From positions 11,280-75,279 of the IMG/VR virus record IMGVR_UViG_3300033148_007251: a DNA stretch of 64,000 bases. One strand, written 5' to 3'. The position numbers and the translations under genes were made by a program. The notes beneath the pieces were generated by a model. It was not told the origin of the DNA. It did not search any database and saw nothing but the letters and a program-made list of their open reading frames with translations. This DNA comes from a virus. This document shows, piece after piece, positions 9,563 through 17,405 of the stretch (the first letter of the stretch is position 1; each line of letters opens with the position of its first letter).

Positions 9563-12500
9563 TTAATGTAATGTCTGTCCTTCATTATTAACTTCGCAAA
9601 AATCCTTTGATGTAACAGCATATGCGTATTCTTGTTCAGACACTACATCTATTAATGCATTCCAGTCAATTTCCCCATAATTAAGAGGGATATTATGCAA
9701 AACTATATATTTGGCTCGTATTCTATCTTGCCCATAAACATCATCATCATAATAAGGGTTTTCATAAAATTTAAAACTTTTTGTTATGTTGTATTTCATT
9801 TGTTGCCATCCTTTTTAATGATTATATTGTTTCTATTTCGCAGCCATCACCCCAAGTATCAGCAAGAGCCCAATTAACAGCGTGGCGAAGTTCGTTTTTA
9901 TTTGCATTTGGAAAATAATGAATGAGGTATTCAGTACAATCATTAATAATATTTCCTGAATAATGTTTCATGTCTTGCAGTGCTTTGGCTGCAGCGTTAT
10001 AATATTTTTTGTTATAATTTTTCATATTATTTTCTCTTTTTTAATTATATTTTTTATCTAATGTTTTTAAAAATGCCTTTAAAGATGCCTTTGATAATTT
10101 ATTTTCACTTTTATCTTTTTCTATTATTAATTCCTGGTTAAAGACTTCATCATAGGCTTCGGCCATTGATTCAATATATTGTTTATAATTTTTCATTTTT
10201 TTATATCCTCTTGAAGATATTATTGAGTTTGCGCGCTGCTTTTTTTCTTAATACCTCATTTATCATTCGTTTGTGTTCACTCTGACTAAAATATAATTTT
10301 TTTTCTTTTAGGTTTGTTAATTTTTTTTGTCTTTTCATTTTTTATTTACCTCCTTAAGGTTTATGGTTCAAACAAACAGAATTGGTATCCAAGCTATAAC
10401 TATTGCCAGAACTAAAATTATGCAAAATGTCACAAAACAGATTGCCGAAATATCATAAAGTTTAGCCGATTTTTTCTTTTTGTAGGTTTTCGTCTTTTTG
10501 GGGTTAGGATACCTATTTAAATAATCAGATGTTTTTTTTACAGCGATATTAAGATTTTGTTGATTTACCATGAACTATCTCCTTTTTATATAATGTAGAT
10601 TATTTTTTTGTTCTGTAAAAATTTTATATAGCCCGGGGCGTAAATCTTCCATAAGTTGTTTTTCTTTTTCCGTGTACGTGATCCCGAATTTCTGTTCGGT
10701 AGAGAACATCATTCTTATATTGTTTTCTGCCATCACTGTTCTTGCATCATGTGTTTTTTTGTAATGTGTTATTTTTCATGTCGTCCTCTTTCTTACGATG
10801 TATAGTTTCGCTCATCATCGACATTGTGCGTTAATACATATTCACAATCACGAAAGTATATCCATGCCTTCCATCGAGCAAAAAAACTTAATTTATATTT
10901 GACTGAACATCCAATAGTTATTGCCAGCCGTTCCATTTCTTTAATACTTGGCAAATTGTTAATGTAAGTGTTTTCAATTTTTGTTATTAATTCTAATAAA
11001 TTCATGATTCCTCCTATACCAGTTTTACAAGTTTATAGAAGAGCTTTACGATATTTCCATCATCATCCCTAATCATAACGTGCTCACTTTGCACGTCTAT
11101 TTCGAGTAAATGTCCCATTTTGCCAGTATCTACATTCTGACCAAAACCTTTATTGTCATATATTCGTACCCTTTGTCCGTAATAATTCTTCATTTTATGC
11201 CTCCATCTATGCCTTTAAAATTGTCTTTTCTAAAATAGATACTGTTTTGTAGGTCATACTTTACTGGATTTTTACGGTATAACTCCCAAACCTCTATACC
11301 GTCCATGGTGCTATTCCTTACGCCATAGTTTTTAATAGTATCCCCAAAAAAATGCATATTTGATCTTGTAAAATGATAAGGTGCCGTGTGTCTTGTCTGA
11401 TATTTTAATTCTAACGGGGTCATATTAATCCCTCCCTTTGTTGTCGATTTCTTTAAGCTCGCATAGTTCAAAAACATAATCAGGTACCCATGTGTTGCCT
11501 ATAAGTGCCTCCCCATCCTTAAATTCTTTCACGTCATAGACCATGCCGGTCATAAATGCCATTACGTTTTCTTGGCCAAGTTCTACAACATACAATTGTT
11601 TACATAGTCTTTTCATAATGCCTCCTTTATATTCATTTTTTGTAATTCTATTATTCGTTTTGTTAATTCCACAATAGTGAATGGATACCATTCACCGTTT
11701 GGTTTGAATCTACGACATAAAACATTATTAATTACTTTTTCTTCATAATACATAATATCTCCCCTCCTTTATGCCATGAAGTAGTTGTCTTCTTGCACAA
11801 CCCTGTTATAAATTGTTAGAAAATCCAATGTATCAATGATATTTACATTTGATTGTTTAATAGGTTTCTCATTCAGGCATTTAAAAACACCTGGATGTAA
11901 GTCTTCAAGCATGTTTATTTCGGCTTGAGTGTATGTCCCGCCAAATCCTGCCATAAGCTTTTCATTTGTGACTATATTCTTTTTTGCTTTCTTTGTACAG
12001 GAACTGTGTATTTTTGCCATGTTGATTTGTTTCTTAATTTCTTGCATTGTCATTTTATCACCTTTATTAATGAGTTTAAAATTTATTATATGATTTATCC
12101 TTTTTGCCATTATTATTTTCTTTGATTTTGTCATGTTATATCTCCTTTTAATTAAATTACAAACTCCAATATGGTTTTTTATTTCAAATTATCCCATAAT
12201 GTTTTTACCGATATATAATGCTAACTTATTTAGTGCAAGTAATAGTTGTTTTTTTGTAATTTTATTCCCATTTTTAATACGTTTCATTAACAGCGTCTAA
12301 TTTATCCATAAGCATTTCGATATGTTTTGTTTTCTGTACTCCTAATATAGATTCAATTGATACGTTTCCATGTAACAGTTGAACTTTATACACTTTATTT
12401 TGGGCTAACCATATTTCTTTTTTTTCGTTTATCATAGCATCCATATTATTTTGTCTCCTTTTTAAGGGTGTTTCGATTTCAAAAATCTATTGCCTGTTTT

Positions 12501-12990
12501 TATGATTTCAAAAATCTACTTAATGTTCCGTTTTAGGTACGTATTACAATTCTTACAATGAAAACCCAACATATTCTTTTTGATAGCCATAGATAAACAA
12601 TCATCATACTTTCCACAGCATATGTATCTGTTATTAGCGACATCACGTGCATACATAATACCACATTCTGTTATTGTTTTAATTGCTTTGGTCATTGTTT
12701 TTTTCTCCTTATATTTATTATATATATGGGATGTTTTGAGTTAACCATTTTTTGAGTTTTTTTTTACCCGTAAACGTTAGGTCTAATGTATTATATAACA
12801 TTATTACATCTTCATATGATGCAATGATCATTTCATGTACCGCATCATAATAATGGGGTTCATTATCATATCTTTGATATCTCACTCTATAAAATAGAGG
12901 GTTTGGAATTATTTTTAATCTAATTTGGAAGTTGTCACCTTTTAATTTTGTGTTGTGTATACTTTTGTTTTGCAATATCAATATTTCCAT
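9563..12990 (-). other. Cluster of small hypothetical early genes (e.g. 9563-9799, 9822-10025, 10368-10571, 10575-10733, 10793-11005, 11190-11423, 11769-12134, 12718-12990)
   Basis: Closely packed co-oriented short ORFs, most with GGAG/GGAGG RBS; no recognisable domains. Confidence 0.65.
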
Positions 12991-13011
12991 TTTAATATCA
13001 CCTCCCTATAA

Positions 13012-13065
13012 AGTGTTTCGATCTTTAAGATCTCATCAGTGACAGTCACATAACAGCCAGACACT
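13012..13065 (-). ncRNA. Type III hammerhead ribozyme (HH-B)
   Basis: AGUGU-C|UGGC-uguuaugugacu-GUCA-CUGAUGA-GAUC-uuaaa-GAUC-GAA-ACACU; intact core and three stems; predicted cut between 13060 and 13059. Confidence 0.88.
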
Positions 13066-13112
13066 AAGAGCAGTTTAATGACTTGCTGAGGTCATTATAT
13101 TAGATTGTAATG

Positions 13113-13280
13113 TTACTGAATAATTTTTGCTGCCCAATCTGGAACATCCACTTCTTTGCCAGATTTATTTGTAATTTTATAATATCTACCATTATTGCCA
13201 ATCTCAATGGTAGCACTATAAATTTCTTTTTTTGTAATTCCCAACCAGCTTATTAATGTATCTGTTATTATGATTTTCAT
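13113..13280 (-). CDS. 55-aa hypothetical protein between the two hammerheads
   Basis: MKIIITDTLISWLGITKKEIYSATIEIGNNGRYYKITNKSGKEVDVPDWAAKIIQ; AGGAGG RBS; below the ORF-track cutoff. Confidence 0.75.
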   Translation of the reverse strand: MKIIITDTLISWLGITKKEIYSATIEIGNNGRYYKITNKSGKEVDVPDWAAKIIQ

Positions 13281-13298
13281 AATGCTCCTCCTTTTTAA

Positions 13299-13354
13299 TA
13301 ATGTTTCGATTTATAAAATCTCATCAGTAACAGTAATATAACTGTTAGACACTA
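13299..13354 (-). ncRNA. Type III hammerhead ribozyme (HH-A)
   Basis: UAGUGU-C|UAACAG-uuauauua-CUGUUA-CUGAUGA-GAUUU-uau-AAAUC-GAA-ACAUUA; predicted cut between 13348 and 13347. Confidence 0.92.
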
Positions 13355-13573
13355 AGAGCATCCATTAGCTTGCCTTATATAATAAGGTAGAGGCATCCTG
13401 GTATGTCCATTCGGTTCTCAATGCTGTTAGGTTTTTAGTAACCCTGCATGATGGAGTCCTTGACTATTTGTCGAGGCGTCTATTTTTTTATTTCAAACAA
13501 GATGTTTTTTAATGGGTTTACTTGCTGGCACCGTTTCCCGTGTGCCTCTTGTTTGTTCTTGTTTATATAGTAC

Positions 13574-13589
13574 TGCAAACCGTGTGCCA
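13574..13589 (-). promoter_or_regulatory. Sigma54 (-24/-12) promoter
   Basis: TGGCACACGGTTTGCA, exact GG-N10-GC spacing, intergenic. Confidence 0.75.
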
Positions 13590-13730
13590 TGTTGTTAAAT
13601 AAATCGTAATAAATATTAAAAGTAATGTAAGTTACTTAAATTATTATGTATATATTTTATCAAGATAATTTAAATACCTTTTGTTTATTGTAAATTTAGC
13701 TATTTTAGATACATTTAAAATTGGACTGGA

Positions 13731-13828
13731 CTGGACAGTCATACACTTTTGTAAATATTTATAATAGAATCAATATATTATAAGATGAATACTCTAAATC
13801 ATACACTCCTGGACAGTCGTACACTTTT
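13731..13828. repeat. 20-bp direct repeat CTGGACAGTC(A/G)TACACTTTT x2, candidate enhancer sites, with an IHF-consensus site between them
   Basis: Copies at 13731-13750 and 13809-13828 (19/20 identical); AATCAATATATTA at 13768-13780 matches WATCAANNNNTTR. Confidence 0.55.
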
Positions 13829-13836
13829 TAACCCTA

Positions 13837-14208
13837 TTATAGATCCTCAAACCATATAATTTTTTTCTTATCTACTATGTTAGGTTTAATATCTTGTTTT
13901 GACTTAGGTTTAAATATTGGTGTTTCAATAGGCTGTGTGTCAATAATGGCCCGTGGTATATATTCTACATAATCATTAATATATTCTTTTATTTGATTTA
14001 CTGGCCAAAACCACTCCCCTCTAATGTGATATGTGGCAAAGCTTCTGTGCAACTCTTGTTCAAATCCTATATCTCCATCAATAGCTTTGATTATAGTTAA
14101 TTGTTCCCATGAACCCGTTTGTAATTGTTTTAGTCTATCATTTATATCTCTACTTGTGTACCCGATTTTAATTGGCCCTGATGTCCCACTTTGTATAAAG
14201 TATATCAT
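13837..14208 (-). CDS. T5orf172/MUG113-type GIY-YIG domain protein
   Basis: IYFIQ...IKIGYT...RLKQLQTG...EQELH..F...RGEWF. Confidence 0.85.
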   Translation of the reverse strand: MIYFIQSGTSGPIKIGYTSRDINDRLKQLQTGSWEQLTIIKAIDGDIGFEQELHRSFATYHIRGEWFWPVNQIKEYINDYVEYIPRAIIDTQPIETPIFKPKSKQDIKPNIVDKKKIIWFEDL

Positions 14209-14257
14209 GTTATTTTTCCCTTTTATTTGTTTTGATGCCTTTTTTATTAATTAAAGG

Positions 14258-14383
14258 TTATTCGTTAACTATTCCGGGATATACTACGATGTATCCTTGT
14301 TGGGCGTAAGAATCAGCCTTACTTGGAACTCCATAATCGACGTGAACCCAACGGCCATTTATTTCCTTATAAAGTTTTACCAT
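14258..14383 (-). CDS. 41-aa hypothetical early protein
   Basis: AAGGAG RBS before MVKLYKEING; first gene after a sigma54 promoter. Confidence 0.6.
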   Translation of the reverse strand: MVKLYKEINGRWVHVDYGVPSKADSYAQQGYIVVYPGIVNE

Positions 14384-14435
14384 TTTGTTTTCTCCTTTGT
14401 TTTGTTGGTTTGTTTTGTTGTTATCTATATGTAGA

Positions 14436-14451
14436 AGCAAGATTAATGCCA
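14436..14451 (-). promoter_or_regulatory. Sigma54 (-24/-12) promoter
   Basis: TGGCATTAATCTTGCT, GG-N10-GC. Confidence 0.7.
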
Positions 14452-14630
14452 GGTGTTATAATATTTGTTATTTAGTTTGTAACATTTGGATATTATAGTG
14501 TAAAAGTTGATGAATGTTCAAAACGACGTCAGGTTGAAAATTGTGTAATTGTGGCATCGACTACCAAAATTTGTCATATTTTTGCCATATTTTGTTATTG
14601 ATGATTATTTTGAAATTAAAAATTTACAGC

Positions 14631-14662
14631 CCTTGACAACTGAAATTTATGCTTTATTATAT
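14631..14662 (+). promoter_or_regulatory. Sigma70-like promoter; near copy at 15262-15295
   Basis: CCCTTGACAACT(G/A)AAAT(T/C)TATG...TATTAT occurs twice. Confidence 0.6.
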
Positions 14663-14690
14663 AGTTATAACCAATATATAAAATTATATG

Positions 14691-15043
14691 TGATCCGGTA
14701 AAATTTCTATTTAAGACCTGTATACCGGCTATCAAAGTAACAACAGGCATCGGTTGGCTAACCGGTACAATAAATTCAAGCTATCCAATTTCAAATGGCA
14801 TTTGTATCCGTCCATTTGGCCCCGTTCCTGCAACCCAGGGGATCATTGTGAATAAAGAGATTATTTGGAATCTCTTTGCCTCAGTTAAGACAGAACTGGA
14901 TGAGGGCAATCGTTTTGTAAAAAGCGATTCAAACACAATGCGTTTTTTATATGAACTTATGACACGAAGTTGACGACACATACGGCAAAAACAATATCCC
15001 CCTATTTTAAATTTATTTTTTTTAAATTTAAAATAGGGGGATA
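14691..15043 (+). ncRNA. Candidate large structured non-coding RNA
   Basis: Dense nested inverted repeats downstream of a promoter, no credible ORF, ends in a long hairpin. Confidence 0.45.
14996..15043. terminator. Long inverted repeat (terminator or cruciform)
   Basis: TATCCCCCTATTTTAAATTTA...TAAATTTAAAATAGGGGGATA. Confidence 0.6.
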
Positions 15044-15073
15044 ACTATCTTCAAAATTAACTTCTCCAATGGC

Positions 15074-15123
15074 AATATTAATTATTAAATATTAATTATT
15101 AAATATTAATTATTAAATATTAA
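15074..15123. repeat. 14-bp AT-only tandem repeat AATATTAATTATTA x3.5
   Basis: Read directly from sequence. Confidence 0.85.
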
Positions 15124-15491
15124 AAATGCACGCTTATATAATAAGGTATATCGATAATCATACCAAGGTAACAATAATTATTTAATAGCTAAAATTAAAT
15201 AAAAAAAATTTACATTTAATTCAACTCATTATGGATAAAAATAAAAATATTTTGCCGTTGCCCCTTGACAACTAAAATCTATGTATTATATTATAGAAAT
15301 GAAAGTGTTTTATATAAATTAAGTCTTTACAAGCAACAAGAATAAGCCAAACTTAAACCTTAAACCTTATCAGGATTGCTTTAAAGACTTGTAAAAACTG
15401 TAAAAACGGCTTAAAAGGTTTTTACAGTTTTTAATGTTTCTTTGAGTTTATTAAAAAAAACGTTAATTTTATTAAAAATTATATATATATT

Positions 15492-16127
15492 ATGGCGACA
15501 TTTATAAGAAAAAACAGCGGAGACAGTATGGAAAAGAAAAAATCCTCTCCTGTTACGAGCAACAAAAAGAAGGTGACTGTAAAAAAACCGAAAATCACCA
15601 AAGATTCCCCAATGACCCGTAATATGAAGCTGTTTGCCGATAGGTGGTTGGTTGATCGTAATGCCACAAAAGCGTATAAAATAGCATTTCCTAATACCAA
15701 GAACGATCAGTCAGCAGGTGCTCAGGGTTGCGTTATGTTAAAGGATCCAAGGGTACAGAAACACATCAAGGAGAAAATGGCGAATATTGCCAAGAAGATT
15801 GATATCGACATCGAGTGGGTGCTTCGAAGGTTCAAGTTGCTCGTCGATTATAATGTGGATGATTTCTTTGATGAGGACGGTAATGTGAGACCGCTTGAAC
15901 AAATCTCGCCTGATAAGCTTTATGCTGTCTGTGGCCTAAAATCAGTAACAACGATTACAAATAAGAAGAAGAAGCAGATAAAGAGAACGATTATAAAAGA
16001 CCTCAAGTTCCCAGATAAAAAAGGAGTGTTGGATTCTCTCGCTAAATACTTGGGGATGTTTGCCGAAGACAATAAACAAAAAGTTGCAACTGTGCCTGAA
16101 GTACTGAATATCAGGCTGGTAGATTAA
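15492..16127 (+). CDS. terS: Terminase small subunit
   Basis: FADRWLVDRNATKAYKIA HTH, DKKGVLDSLAKYLGMF; precedes terL. Confidence 0.88.
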   Translation: MATFIRKNSGDSMEKKKSSPVTSNKKKVTVKKPKITKDSPMTRNMKLFADRWLVDRNATKAYKIAFPNTKNDQSAGAQGCVMLKDPRVQKHIKEKMANIAKKIDIDIEWVLRRFKLLVDYNVDDFFDEDGNVRPLEQISPDKLYAVCGLKSVTTITNKKKKQIKRTIIKDLKFPDKKGVLDSLAKYLGMFAEDNKQKVATVPEVLNIRLVD

Positions 16128-16140
16128 ATAAAATGATTAT

Positions 16141-17394
16141 GTGAGTGCAATTATTATGGATATAAATATCAGCAGGAAGCTTTTTAATCCAGCATATTTG
16201 CCTTACTTAGACGATCAGTCCAGAACTCAAATTTTTTTCGGAGGAGCATCCTCAGGTAAATCTATTTTTGTCGTTGGGCAAAGAGTTGTTTATGATCTCA
16301 TAAAAGGTGACAGAAACTATTTAATTATCCGAAACGTTGCCGATACTTCTCGAAAATCGACATTCAAGGAAGTTAGAAAAATCATTTTTGATTGGAAATT
16401 AGACGAATATTTTAACATAAATAAATCAGACATGGTAATTACATGCCTGGTTAACGGTCACCAGGCAATGTTTGCTGGGTTGGATAATGTAGAAAAGCTT
16501 AAATCAATTACTGCAGATAAGGGCGTTATAACAGATATAGTAGTGGAAGAAGCGACGGAGACGAAAGAAGATGACCTGAGACAGTTACAAAAAAGACTCA
16601 GGGGGAAATCCAAAGTTAAAAAAAGAATGACCTTAGTATTTAATCCGATCGCCAAGGTGCACTGGATACACAAAATTTATTTTGTCGGTAATTTTTATGA
16701 TGGAGAAACGCTTTATCATAAAGACAATCTCCTTATCTTAAAGACTACCTATAAAGATAATTTGCGGTTTCTCGAAAAAGATGATATCGATGCTCTGGAA
16801 AATGAGACAAACAAATACTTTCGGGAAGTATACACTTTAGGCAACTGGGGCGTTTTTGGAGACGTAATATTTACAAATTGGACAGTAAAAGATTTGTCCG
16901 AAATGATACCCACTTTCGACAATAATAGGAACGGCTTGGACTTTGGTTATGCATCGGATCCTGCAGCTTACAATAGAATGCACTTCGACAAAAAGAGAAA
17001 AACTATTTATATTTATAAAGAATTTCATGAAAAGGGCCTCACAAATCCAGAATTAGCAGCAATGTTACGCCCCGTTGTCGGTAATGATGTACTGGTGTGT
17101 GATTGTTCAGAACCGAAAAGTATACAAGAATTGAAAGACGAAGGAATAAACGCTATTGGTGCTCGAAAAGGCCCCGACTCAGTGACATTTGGTATTCAAT
17201 GGCTCCAGGGTAATAAGATCGTTATCCATAAAGAGTGTCAAGAAACGATTAATGAGTTTCAATTGTATCAATGGAAAAAGGATAAATACGGCGAGACGAT
17301 GCCGAGGCCGATAGATAAGTACAATCATCACCTGGATTGTATTCGTTATAGCTTAGAAGATGACATGGAAAAAGCGGCCATATTCATAGCTTAA
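16141..17394 (+). CDS. terL: Terminase large subunit, PBSX/SPP1 family
   Basis: GGASSGKS Walker A, VEEATE Walker B, FNP, GLDFGY, NHHLDCIRY. Confidence 0.95.
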   Translation: MSAIIMDINISRKLFNPAYLPYLDDQSRTQIFFGGASSGKSIFVVGQRVVYDLIKGDRNYLIIRNVADTSRKSTFKEVRKIIFDWKLDEYFNINKSDMVITCLVNGHQAMFAGLDNVEKLKSITADKGVITDIVVEEATETKEDDLRQLQKRLRGKSKVKKRMTLVFNPIAKVHWIHKIYFVGNFYDGETLYHKDNLLILKTTYKDNLRFLEKDDIDALENETNKYFREVYTLGNWGVFGDVIFTNWTVKDLSEMIPTFDNNRNGLDFGYASDPAAYNRMHFDKKRKTIYIYKEFHEKGLTNPELAAMLRPVVGNDVLVCDCSEPKSIQELKDEGINAIGARKGPDSVTFGIQWLQGNKIVIHKECQETINEFQLYQWKKDKYGETMPRPIDKYNHHLDCIRYSLEDDMEKAAIFIA

Positions 17395-17405
17395 GGAAAT
17401 TAGAC

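Noticed and set aside
14781-14981. 66-aa minus-strand ORF
   Set aside because: No RBS; lies within the structured element
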